Assembly (NCBI RefSeq): GCF_009914755.1
Contig: NC_060927.1
Source of the DNA: the human T2T-CHM13v2.0 reference genome, Homo sapiens
Strand: one strand, 5' to 3'
Length of the DNA: 64,000 nt
Shown here: piece by piece, positions 23,950 through 36,882 of the stretch
Layout: each line of letters opens with the position of its first letter
Numbering within the stretch: position 1 is the stretch's first letter
The notes under the pieces: generated by a model
The model's database searches: none
The model's input: the letters and a program-made list of their open reading frames with translations, nothing else
Told to the model about the DNA's origin: nothing
Program-made: the position numbers and the translations under genes

Positions 23950-24964
23950 AGAAATGGTAGCCATGTGAAACAAAAAGCCTTCCTCTAAAAAAGGAAAATA
24001 CTCCAAAAAACACTTAGTGTAAAGCCTCTTTCATGGGTCCATTCCTTTGATCTTGCTTTTAAAAAACATTAACTACACTTTGTTTCTTAGGCTGCTTACT
24101 TTCAAATAAACTAGCAGGTGCCCTTTTCCACCCCTGTTCCTGGCGAGACTCTGCTTTCACAGAAGTCTGGTATCTGGAAGCCTCCTTATCAGTGTCATAC
24201 ATAGTAAACATCTGAAATTTATTATCACTGTCTCCAGGCTGAGGAAAACATGCTCAACAGTCACAACTAAGAAGTTTAAAGTTTTGCAAAGTTTTTTAAA
24301 GTTACAGGCAACCACGTTTTGACTTGTTCCTAAAACAAAAAGTAACAGCAACCCACACGTCCTTTCCTATATTCTGGCAAGAATAGCAGAAACAAAATGT
24401 CATGCACTTAAACATATGTTGAAGATTAGAATGTAAATAGGAAAAGTGCAAAAATTTTTATAGCTTTTCAAACTATAGGAGATAAGTAATATCTTTGTAA
24501 TGTGAAGAAAGCCATTTTCATTATCACGGGGCCTTGACAAGTAGCTTCCCACACAGCTTGTCAAGTCAAATGCTACTAATACTGCCAGAATACTGATTTT
24601 GTTCATGCTTTTGTTATGTCTGAAGGGAGGATTTTATGCATTTAGCTCAATGAATGCACTGACAAACTGATAGGTCTTCCAAGTCACTGTTGATAAAGAA
24701 ACAAAAAAAGTTTGATAAATGGATTCTCTGCCTTCTGCTTCTATGCTGCCTTATGAATACTTATTTTCTACCATGATAAGAATTATTGTCATCTATATGT
24801 CCTTCCTCACAATGCTGCACACCTTTCTACTCTCACCAAAACAGAACTTTGTTTCAGTTTGTCCTACAAAGGGTAACTTTTTTACATACCTGATGCCTCC
24901 TCAGGCTTGGTCCCTTGTGCTCCTAAAAACCAATTTTAACGATGAAACAGGAACGGAAATGACA

Positions 24965-25135
24965 GTCTACATTTGAGGAATATTTCATCATTTACAAACT
25001 GCTTTCATGTGCAGTATCCAATTTCATCCTTCTTACAACTGTGAATTAAGGGATATTTTCTAATTTAGCAGACAAGGAAACTGAGGGAGTAGAAGCATTG
25101 AACCATTTGTCCAAGATCACATAATATCTAGTTCA
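24965..25135 (-). mobile_element. MIR remnant
   Basis: Core cagacaaggaaactgagg...ttgtccaagatcacata. Confidence 0.75.
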
Positions 25136-25164
25136 CTGTCTTCTGTTTGTTTCCTTGTTTGGGG

Positions 25165-25320
25165 CTTTTTTTTGTTTTTATTTTTTATTTTAATTGACAA
25201 ATCATAATTGTATATATGTATGGAGCATGACGTGAGGTTAGACATAAGTATACATTATACACTGATTGAATCAAGTTCATTAATATACCCGTCACCTCAC
25301 ATACTTATTTTTTTGTGTGC
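25165..25320 (-). mobile_element. Short L1MA 3' end
   Basis: T-rich tail then aattgacaaatcataattgtatat...tcacctcacatactt; decayed TSD at 25142-25160 and 25321-25339 (16/19). Confidence 0.75.
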
Positions 25321-27293
25321 TCTGCTTGCTTTCTTGTTTTTAATTGAGAGTGGCATGCCTGCAGTGGAGACCTAAAATCTTTGTAGTTACAGCCAAGCCA
25401 TCCTGTTGTCCCATAGACTCTTCCTTGGTTTTCTTAATCTAGTATTTTCTATTTATCAGTTGCTGAACTTTACGGCCCGTGTCTCCCGTCATTACAAGCT
25501 TGGTCTATGTAATAATTCCTGCACACAAGAGTCCCTGGTTACATGTTTGTTGAAAGAACAAATGGATGAATTAATATAGATATAAAACTAGTAGCTTATG
25601 TGTTTATTCTTAAGGCTGCTTAAGGATCAGTTGCTTTTAATCTGACTCAGTAATTACCTTTTTTGTCCTGAAGAGGTTGTTACAGGAGTCTATGCAATTA
25701 TATTGTGAATGGTTACATGATAACATAAAATATTACCAAATAAAACATTACTACTTTATGTGGTAAAATCTTCTCTCTCTGCCTTGCCAAAATCATAGTT
25801 TGGAGTAAAAAGGTGCTTGAAATTCTTATGTATTTTGTACCACACAAGTTAAATAGAATGTAAATCATGCAAATGCACAGACATGCATGCAACTTTGACT
25901 ATCCTATGTATTTTTCCATTTTCCCTTCTGAAATTGTTTCTGTCAATATTTTGATTTAGATCCCACCAAAAGGAGAGAAAGAGAAAGATTTAATCAGAAT
26001 ATTGTCAAACACCTAAGAATTAGTGGATAATATGGTATTTGAAGTCTGATATATAACATTCTTAGGAGATACAGCTCTTGTAGGCATTATTATTAAATCA
26101 TTTCTAGAAAAATTATTTACTTACAGGAATTCCAGATACAGCTTTATACTTTTAGCAATTATCTATTCAAGTCTTATGTATGTGTTTACACTGTAGTGTG
26201 TGTGAAATATATATATATATATGTATATAAAAAACTGGCATTTCCCAAATACCACAGTCTATGGCCTATGTACATCAGAATAATATGGAGAGCTATTTCA
26301 TTTTTAAAAAGTAAACACTGAATTCTACACGTACAATTATTGGCATTACAGACACATGAATGAACTGAATTCTAGAAATAATAAAAAGCTCAGGATTATT
26401 TCAAGCTATACATAGGCATGAAGTTTAGATGTTCGCCTGAGTTAGTGTGTAACTTCCGTATTAAGTATTGCAAAATGCTGAAGGTCAGTCAGTTGTCTTA
26501 TCTACAGGAAGAAGGATATGGTTCTTTCTGCACTTAACTATACTTAGGGTAGTTTCTTCTGATTATTAAAGCCTATTCTTGAAGGCTGGGCCTTTTAACT
26601 GTGAGTTATTTAAGGGATTACACAGCCTGGTTTCAAATTGCCTTACAAGCTTCATCTTCCTCTATTCTACAAATGAACACTGAGCTCCAACTAGACCAAA
26701 TACAAACCATTAGTCTGTCATCACATGGTTGTCAAGTTGTATTGTTTTTGTTGTATGTATCATTTCCCTTGATATGTGTATCTGAAGTTATATGTTTTTT
26801 TTTTTCCACCACAAGATTCTAGAAGGGCAAATCTTGGATCTTTTATTTTCAGCTCCTTCCCTCCAAAACCTAACCATCTCTCTGCAGCTTAGACTAGTTG
26901 TTTTACATTATAGTAACAGCTTAATAGTTTAGTAAAAGCTCCATACATTTGTGATATATGAATAAACAATTAGCATGAACTATATTCATTTGACCAGAAA
27001 TTAATAAAACCTGTTATTAGTTAATTTTTGATAACTGTGAAACAGAATGTGTCAGGACATGGTAATTGACATCATGTTTCATACGAAGCAGGAAATTGAT
27101 TAGATGTTTGAGTTTTCATTCAGTTTTAATCTGCCTTTGTTTATAGTGATGAGATTCCAGAAGTCAAATTATTTCTTTTCTGTTTGTCTTCTCTATGCTG
27201 TCTCATAGTGGTGGGAGGAGAGAGCAATGTAATTCTTATTCCCCAAAAAGGAAGTTTTGATTTCAGAGAAAAGGGGGCTACCTGGTAAAAAGC

Positions 27294-27397
27294 ATTTCTG
27301 CCTCTCATCCATGCACTGAGAATGAGAAAGTAATTCAGGAAATTTCTGCCTCTCATCCGTACACTGAGAATGATAAACTAATTCAATAATTCAGGAA
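27294..27397. repeat. Two-copy tandem duplication, period 48 bp
   Basis: atttctgcctctcatcc(a/g)t(g/a)cactgagaatga(g/t)aaa(g/c)taattca at 27294 and 27342. Confidence 0.95.
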
Positions 27398-27624
27398 AGG
27401 TATTCAGATGTAAAGTAATTGTAGTGAGGCATTTTCCATGAACATCAATTAGAAATTTGAAATTAAAATTGTAAGTAAAAATAGTTCATTAGTACTTTAA
27501 AGGGAAAAAAAGAAAAGAATACTAGTTGTGTTTTACTTTGTGCAATACTATTATATGAAAATCCAAACTGCAAAACAATGTAGAGATTTTATTTGCATTG
27601 AGAAATATTACTTTATAAATATCA

Positions 27625-27948
<324 letters not shown>

Positions 27949-28122
27949 TCACTATGGGGTACTGAGCTCAAATATTTTTATAAGTCAGATTGAATAATCA
28001 ATCAACAAATATTTCTTGAGCATTTACTGTAAGTAATTAATAAATGAACTGCAGGAAGCACGTGCACAAGTGCACCACACCAAAAATTATATTTTAAGCA
28101 TCACAAATCAGCTGTTTTCTTT

Positions 28123-29287
28123 TTTATTTTTAATAGTTAATAAGCTTTATTAATATGCTTTTTAAATTTTATTTTTATTCTAAAACAAAAATGGGATACA
28201 TGTGCAGAATGTGCAGGTTTGTTACATAGGTATACACGTGCCATGGTGGCTTGCTGTACCTATTGACCCGTCCTCTAGTTCCCTCCTCTCACCCCTGCCC
28301 CCCAACAGGCCCTGGTGTGTGCTGTTCCCCTCTCTGTGTCCATGTGTTCTCAATGTTAAACTCTCACTTATGATTGAGAACATGGGGTGTTTGGTTTTCT
28401 GTTCCTGTGTTAGTTTGCTGAAGATGATGGCTTCCAGCTTCATTCATGTCCCTGCAAAGGACATGATCTCATTCCTTTTTATGATTGCATGGTATATATG
28501 TACCATGCAGTATTCCATGGTATGTATGTACCACATTTTCTTTATCCAGTCTATCATTGATGGGCATTTTGGTTGGTTCCATGTCTTTGCTGTTGTAAAT
28601 AGTGCTGCAATAAACATACATGTGCATGTGTCTTTATAGTAGAATGATTTATATTCCTTTGGGCATATACTCAGTAATGGGATTGCTGGATCAAATCTTA
28701 TTTCTGGTTCTAGATCCTTGAGGAATCGCCACACTGTCTTCTACAATGGCTGAACTAATTTACATTAACTCAAGATGGATCAAAGACTTAAATGTAAAAC
28801 CCAAAACCATAAAAACCCTAGAAGAAAACCTAGGCAATACCATTCAGGACATAGGCATTGGCAAAAACTTCATGACATAAACACCAAAAGCAATCGCAAC
28901 AAAAGCCAAAATTGGCAAATGGGATCTAATCAAACTAAAGAACTTCTGCTCAGCAAAAGAAAATAGCATCAGAGTGAACAGGCAGCCTACAGAATGGGAG
29001 AAAATTTTTGCAATCTACCAATCTGACAAAGGCCTAATATCTAGAATTTACAAGGAACTTAAACATATTTACAAGAAAAAAACAAACAACCCCATCAAAA
29101 AGTGGGCAAAGGATATGAACAGACACTTCTCAAAAGAAGACATTGATGTGGACAACAAATATGAAAAATATCTCAACATCACTTATCATAGAAATGCAAA
29201 TCAGAATGACAATGAGATACCATGTCATGCCAATCAGAATGGTGATTATTAAAAAGTCAGGAAGCAATAGATGCTGGCAAGACTGGG
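28123..29287 (-). mobile_element. L1PA8-like element with 5' inversion (twin priming)
   Basis: Minus-strand 3' end ~28160-28766 ([23 protein letters not shown]...) joined to plus-strand ORF2 ~28764-29287 ([14 protein letters not shown]...); TSD agct(g/a)ttttcttt at 28110-28122 and 29288-29300. Confidence 0.92.
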
Positions 29288-29344
29288 AGCTATTTTCTTT
29301 AAGTTTAGCACTGCTTTTGTTTAGTGTAGATTTTGTACAATAAT

Positions 29345-29562
29345 AATGATAATAATAATAGTTACACCCCTTTTTTGGTCTACTATGTATGCTGGGTATG
29401 TTACATGTATTTTATTTAATACACAACTGTCAACTCTGTAAGGTTGGAGGTAATATCTCTATTGATAAGAAAAAAGAGACTTGGTGATTTAAGAATCTTA
29501 TTTAAGTTTACTTGCCTAGTAAATATCAGATCTGGGCTTTGAATTCAGGTTGTTCCGACTTT
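29345..29562 (-). mobile_element. MIR remnant
   Basis: taataatagttacac...tactatgtatgctggg...ctgggctttgaattcagg. Confidence 0.7.
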
Positions 29563-30559
29563 ACTTGAAAACCATTGTCTCTGTCCTGTGTCATATTTTC
29601 TCTCCACAGAGCATGTTGATAGTACTACCAGAATTTTGGTAACAAAGTTATATACATACCAGTTTTAAATGGCAAAAACTGATATGTTTGGATCAATTAA
29701 TATCTAGATGAATAAAATTCTTTTTAAGTAAATGTAAAGAGATGAGTCTAATTGCTATAATTCTGTTAAAAGATGATTTACATGTACATATTTTCTAGTT
29801 TAAGCAATATATTACAGTTATTACTTGGATGACAAACTTCATTAAATATGTTTTAAATAACTAGATGACATTCGGATAGCATATTATGTAATAAATTTCT
29901 TATTGAATTTAAGTTCCTGTTTGAGCAACCAAATTTAAATTACAATCTGGCTAATGAAACAGGAAAACTGAAATTATGATAGACTAGTATGCAGAATGAC
30001 TTGACAATGGGGAACTCTTCAGAGTTCAAGAATTTAGGGACCATTTCCAATACTAGTAGTTTACAGATAAATATTTATTTTTGATGATTGTGCTTAATTA
30101 GTATTTTAGAGATGAAAAAATTTAGCTATCATGGTTCAGCACTTTCCTCTTTAAAAATGGAAACGTAACAATTAAATAACTTCCCAAAGTCACAGGAAGA
30201 GAGAGTATTAGGTTTATAAAGAGTTTTCTGTATTCTCAATATAAGTTATTTCCATTATTCTATATAGTCTCTTATATGCCTCATATATTTAAAAAGATGG
30301 GCATCACTCATGTAATAACACTGCCTGGCACATAAAAGTATTGTTGTCTCTCTTAGTCCATTTGGGCTACTTTAACAAATTCCCATCCAATTATCCAATA
30401 ACTTTTGTGATAGATGTGTTTCTTAATAATTTTATCTTGAAAGCATCTATTCTGGCCCTACAAACTTCCCATAGCTGTATCTGACTCACCTGAAAAGTCA
30501 GTTCAAATTAGGTCCCCAGCTAATCACTAGACTGCTCAAAAAACAAGAGATTCCAGTGA

Positions 30560-30725
30560 TACATGGTTCTCAACCCTGGCTGCATATTAGAGCTCTTTAA
30601 ATTGTGAAACCCAGAAGTCATCCTGCATAATTTGATTTAACATAAACCAAATAATCACAATAAAACATTGGTATGTTTTATTTTAAACTCTCAGTGATTC
30701 AAATGTGAAACGAAGGTTGAGATAA
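30560..30725. mobile_element. MER5-family remnant
   Basis: tggttctcaaccctggctgcatattaga...ctcagtgattcaaatgtg...ggttgaga. Confidence 0.65.
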
Positions 30726-31793
30726 ATTGTAAATTGCTGAGTCTATGTGATCACACTTATATTGGTTTAGGTTTCAGTCTTGGTGATTGTTATTGTAATG
30801 GGTGATGTATTGTGGCTGTTAAGGTTGGGCTCTTGTGTTCTATGGCACCAGAATCATCTGCATAGCATTTAGTATATTCAGATGCATGCCTGGAAATACT
30901 TCCAGAGTTTTTGATTCATTAAGTTTTGTGAGAGAGCAAATGTTTTATTTTTGAAAAAGTTATTAATAAAAGTTCATTGAAAAGAAAGGAAATATGAAAG
31001 GAAAGAAGAAGACTATATCAAACAATCTTTGTAAGAGAGTACCAAATAATGTTTCCTTCCTATATCATGTTATTCTTTGTCCCCAGAATGACTGCTGGGC
31101 TCTAGCAGGGGTTCCAGAATTCCCTTCCAGAGTGTATCTCCTAGAGCTAGTCATGGCACATAAAATGTGGATCGTAGCTATCAGTAGTCTTGGAGATCAC
31201 TGAGCTTTGTCATGAAATAGGTCAACTACAAATCCATATACTACAAGAAAATAATGGGAACTAAAATGTAAGAGCAAGAAGGTCCAGAAATGTCAGATGT
31301 TTAATGAGAAAGCAGCAATGTGGATGCTAAGAAGGAATTCCTGGGCTTGGAAGAGTTCATGAATACAACGAATGTGTGTGCGTGTGTGTGTGCGTGTCTA
31401 AGGCAGGCAGAAAGGCTCTTTGGAATCCAAGGGATCAAGAGCTTAGACTTAAGCAGATACTATCATTCTACCTCTAGTATACCAGCCATATCTATCCTTG
31501 TTGTCCATGATTGTTCTCCAGCTCACAATGGTGTAGTCCCACTGCAATTTATATTTCTGACTATTATCGCCCTATGCTATTGCCTGAACCTTTTAAAGTA
31601 ATTATTTCCACACCTCTTGCAGTAAAAAGCAAGAGTGAAAAAAAGGTATAGATCTCATTCATCTTTGGATATATCAAGGTACTTGACACACTTTGTTTCA
31701 TATAATTGGTATGCAGTAAATGTTATGCACCTCTATACCTATTTCATTACCATAACTTTTAGTTTTGACTTCTGTGCCTCTCCTATCTCATAC

Positions 31794-31984
31794 TTTCTTT
31801 CTTCCTTCATTCCTTTCCTTTTCCTCTTTCTTTTCCTTCCTTCATTTTCTCTTTGTTTCTTTCTCTCTCCTTCCTTCCTTCCTTCATTTCTTTCTTTCTC
31901 TCTCTCTCTTTCTTTCCTTCTTTCTTTCTTTCTCTTTCTTTCTTTCTTTCTTTCTTTTCTTTCTTTCTTCTTTTTCTCTTTTTC
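31794..31984. repeat. Polypyrimidine/polypurine tract, mixed (TTTC)n/(TTCC)n/(TC)n
   Basis: ~190 bp almost all C/T on the + strand. Confidence 0.95.
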
Positions 31985-32029
31985 AAAACTAAAAGGCAAC
32001 CCACCCAAAACAAAATAAAACTCCACAGG

Positions 32030-32305
32030 TTCTTCAAAATATAATCATATTTGTCCTCCTCTGTGAAGCCATCTCTAATGTTTTGGTTCATTTCTTTTCC
32101 CCATGTACCACTGCTAGATCATGGACATGTTTTTATTGGTGAAAATATTACACTGGAATATAATTATTAAATTTATGTCAGTCTCTCACTATGTTTTTAG
32201 TTTCTTGAGGTTAAGGACCACGCCATTTATCACTGCATCCCCAGCACTTGATAAGGTTCCTGCAACCTGACAGAAACTCACAAGTGTGCATTGAATTCAA
32301 ATAAA
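32030..32305 (+). mobile_element. L2 3' remnant
   Basis: cctcctctgtgaagcc...ttcttgaggttaaggacc...tgcatccccagcac...ttgaattcaaataaat. Confidence 0.7.
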
Positions 32306-33634
32306 TATATTTGTATAAAACACGTCCCAACTCTGTGCCTTATTTTAAGGGATGCTTCCTTAGAATTTATGAATGAAGCTTAGAAGAAAGGTAAAATATT
32401 TCAATATTTAGTAGAATACAACTTACCCATAACTATAAACAATACTTTCCTGAGTTGTTGATGTTCATTACTGCTACATAAATAATAGGACTTTGGTTTT
32501 GCTCTTAAATCTCTGCACTAATGAGAACATGGGACAATCTTCCTATACGGTAGTTACCATGGTGATAGATTCACATGAAAAAAAAGTTATCACTTGGCTA
32601 GGACATGAGCTAAGATGCATTTGCATTTATTATCTTTGGGTTAGGTTCCTTTTGCATTACTGAACAGGTGGCAACTGCTTTTGTGTTCCTTAGAATATGA
32701 ACAGCTTCTAAAATTTTAATCTCAATTGGTGTTTCAGTTGTTCCCGGGTGACAGGCAGTTAACAGCACTATGAGTTCACTTGCAAAAGTGTGATAGATTT
32801 AAGGAAGTTATGAAGCATCTCTCAGGAGACATGGCCATTTTTCTCTGTCATTAGATAACTTTCTACTGCCAACTAGCATCATTTCCCTCTTACTTAGAAT
32901 GAGTGGCCACTCATTTTCTTTCATCAAGATGATTTTCTCAAGCAGACATAGCAGAAAAGAAAAATATTGCATGAATTCCAGATGAAGTTGTAAACAACAA
33001 TGCCCCAAATACTTGTCTATTTGCTCTCTTAAATGCTGCTTTTCTGGATCGGTATTGGGAGAAGGTGATTTGATAATCTAGCTAAGTAGATTAAACTCTG
33101 CCTAGAAGGGAAGACTCCTTCCTTCTCCACAGTCTCTTTGTACTTCCTCCATAGTCCCGACTCAATTCCCCTTTAAAAGTGAATGGCCCCAGAAATGGAG
33201 ACAAAATTAACCCTCACCCGCATTTTATACTTTCTTTAAAAATTAGTATATTACACCATTTTATGAGAACTACTCTTGCTGACAAGAGAATGAAGAGCAT
33301 ACAATCTTATCAAATTCCCAGCATGATGAGATGAGATGGGGATACTCTGAAGAGAGGAAAACAGGTAGAGGTAGATATATGGGGTTTTGACAAATTTCTC
33401 TTATCTCGAAACCCTAACAGTGGCCGTTATTCTTGTAAACAAACAATAATGTAATACTATTGATTTTAAGGTTCACTTTTTAGAAAAATATTGTTATTTA
33501 CAAGCTAAGTCTCATAGGCTTCTCAAGGGGTAAGATCCCTCCAAAACATTCGCATTTATAAAAGCTAAGAAATCATAAATATCTTTCATCAAATACCTAG
33601 TGCCAGTATTTAAAATGAATTATTTTATAAATGA

Positions 33635-34895
33635 ACAGTCATTTATTTCGTCTGTTCTGGGTACCTGACTACATCAATAAGCAATAGCAATAATCAAAGG
33701 TCCTTGTTTTTGTGAATCTTAGGCAATAAAATATAAACTTATTTATGTACAACTATAATATGTACTATAGTAGAGGTGATAATGCTGTAGAATAAAATGT
33801 CATCTTAGAGCAGGGTAAGGAAGATTGGGATAAGAAGGTGAAGTTTGATAAGAAAGTTAAAAAAGGTGAGGAAAGAAACCGAGACAGTGTCTGGGGTAAG
33901 AGGATGCCAAGCAGAAGAAGATCAAAAGCCCTAGGATAGAGACATGCCCAACATGTTGGAAGATAGCTTGAAGACTAGTCTAGCTAGGGCAAGTAACATA
34001 TGAACAAGGAGAGTAGTAGGAGAGGAGGGCAAAACTGGCTCAGGGTTGGGAAGGAGGAAGGCAGATAACATAGGTCTGTGCCAATCTTTATAATGGTCTT
34101 GCTTTTACTCTAAGAGAAATGAACACTCTTGCAAAATTTTGAGCAGATGTGTAACATGATCTGACTTAAGTTTTATAAGATGACTAAGAAGGTGAGAGAT
34201 GATGACTTCGTAGGCCAGGGCGACAACACGATAATGCGTGCTTGAATTCTGGGTATATTTAAAGGTAGAGCCAATATGATTTCCTGATGGATCATATGCA
34301 GAAGATGAGAATACAAAAGGATTACTTTAAGGCCTGAGTGACTGGAGGGAGGTGTTGCCATTGGTTGAGATGATGAAGGCTACAAGTTTGGGGTGACGAG
34401 AGTCAGTTTTGGACTTAGGTCTGAGTTGTACACTCTACATCTAAGTGGGGATGTCAAGCAGATGGGTGAATAATCAAGTCTGGAATTCAGGAAACAGGCT
34501 TGGGTTGGAAGTATATGTTTGAACCTATTTCACAAATAAATGGTATGTACACACACTTAGGAGTGAGGGCAGATATGGAAGAGAAGAGAGCTGAGTTCTG
34601 AGCACTCCAACATGAAACTGTTGGAAGAAAAGGAGTCATCAGTACAGAAGACTGAGGGGTGACCAGTGAGGTAAGAGGAGAAACAGGAGCGTGTGCTGTC
34701 CACAAAGCCAAGTGAAGAAAGTATATTAAGGAGAATGGACAAATAAACTATGTTAAATGCTGATTTCAAATTTAAGTAACGTGAGAATTAAGAAATGATC
34801 TTGGTCTTTAGCAACATGTAGGTAATCAATGTCATTATTGAGAACACTTTTGATAGGGCGAGAAAGAAATCCTCATTGGAGGGTTTTAAGAGAAG
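33635..34895 (-). mobile_element. L2a-like LINE-2 remnant
   Basis: ttttgagcagatgtgtaacatgatctgactt, tatatttaaaggtagagccaa, gagtcagttttggac, aagtctggaattcagg, aagccaagtgaagaaagt. Confidence 0.85.
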
Positions 34896-36882
34896 TCCCT
34901 CTACATTTATGTCTGGTGAAGTATGCATTAAATACATGTTACTGAAATTAAAGCAGGAGGAAAATCAACAAGAGTGTTTATCTTGATGTAGAACTCTGAT
35001 TACATGTTGTACGAGAAATATTGCATCATAGTGGTTAAAGCCATGAGATCCAGAAAGACCCACTTCCAGGCTCCACCTGGTAAAGGCTCCTCCACTTGCT
35101 GACCATGAAATAATAGTCAGATGTCCTTAAACTCTGTCCCCCGCATAGTGATGTTGCTACACTACTCCCACAAACATTAGCTATAAACAGCAGTCTATGT
35201 ACTGTTTAAGTTTTTTCTTTTGTGTGCATTCATTACTATTTAAGTGACAACTATTTGTATACATGATGAAACTAATGCAGTAGTGTGTATGCCTGTGGAT
35301 ATATAATATCAAGCCAAAGGTGATCCAGAATGGAACTCTTAAGAAAGCAGAAGTCACGAAAGATTGACAGAAGGAGCTGGTGCCTAAAACAGTTCAAGAG
35401 TGCATATGCATATTAAATAGTGATTACATTCAGAAACCACTGTATGTACATTTTTGCACAATCTTAAAAATCTGTTTCTTAGCAGTCTGCATGTTAGTTA
35501 TCTGTAAGCTTAGGTTAAGCATTCAAAGGGAAGGGAGTCCTCATATCTATTCCCAACTCTAAGTCCAATATCACAGTGAAAATTGTGCTACTTAGATGTG
35601 ATATCCTCAAAAGAAGAGAAAAAGTAATTTAGTAGGTTATGTACCCAAACAACGTATTAATATTTATCTCAGTCATTTTAAGTTTCAATCTCAAATATAC
35701 TTTAAAATGTATTATTACAAATATCTCCTCTGCATATGTCTGCAGAAGCCTCTGACTTGATCAACATCAAGATCTCTCTGCATGAAAATGGTCCTTGAAA
35801 AGTTGCATTATTTTTTGTTAATAAAAATATCTCCTCCTTCCCCTGAGCAAGGCTTTGGAATGAGGGCCAAATGATCAATCCACGCCACATGCAATTTTTA
35901 TTTATCCTTGCCAGTAACCCTAAGTTCAAGGCTATCCAAAGACTGCCAGACTGAGTTGGTGAATCTCTGTCAAGGGAGAGATTATATGATTTTTACAGTT
36001 CAGCTGGAAAAGGAGCAAAGTTTATTATCTATCTATCCTGCTAGGCAGCAACTGTCTATAATATTCTGCTTTCTCTCTTTTTAAATCCCTCTGTGCTGTT
36101 TTGAGTGAAACAGGGAACCAGCGTCCGCCATCTGACAGTTCCTCCAGGTCTTTTAAGGTAATTAAACCTCTCTTTAAGCAAAATCTCTCATCATATTACA
36201 GGGCTGGAAATTTACAGAACTGTGGCATAGACATAGTTTAAAGTCATGTCTTTTGAACTTCAGCATTGCTTTTGCAGTAATAAGAGGGTGAAATTAACCG
36301 TAATTACAGTCAAAATTAGTTGCATAATGCTGTGTGCATCTCATCAGTACATTATGTTCTGAGCAGGCAAAGAGAATAGAGTTACCTGGAAATTAGGGTA
36401 GTTTTCAAGTAAGGTGTGCTAATCCTGATTCATGTGATGGTTTTGCAATTGGTCTGGTGCTCAACTGCAGGCTCTGCACAATTGGAACAGAATGCTGTCT
36501 CCAGTAAATTAAGAGAGTATATAAGAGATATCTGAATTGCATATATGTTAAGGCAGGGTGGGGAAAAACATTAGGACCTTTTAAATCAAAACTTCTCATT
36601 TTACAGAGTACTGAGGCCCAGATACTGTATTCATTTGTCTATTGATTCCTGGAAAGATTCTATTTTTAGTGTCACTCAAATAATAAGCGTCCTGACAAAT
36701 CTACTGCTTCTTAGAGAAGGAATCAAGAAAGCTTTCCCCTATTGTTCTAATCCACAAATCCTTGGGATTATTTTGAATCCTTGGACCTCAAGGAAGCTTT
36801 TGCATCAATCTCCAGCATAGACACCCACTATTGCAAACATGCACCTGCAAGATCTTAATATTCTCCTCTCAATGCCACATTG

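Noticed and set aside
27294-27397. Possible CRISPR or minisatellite array
   Set aside because: Only two abutting copies, no spacers, no cas genes, primate DNA.
31635-32091. Overlapping low-complexity F/S/L-rich and K/R/E-rich ORFs
   Set aside because: Artefacts of the stop-free pyrimidine tract.
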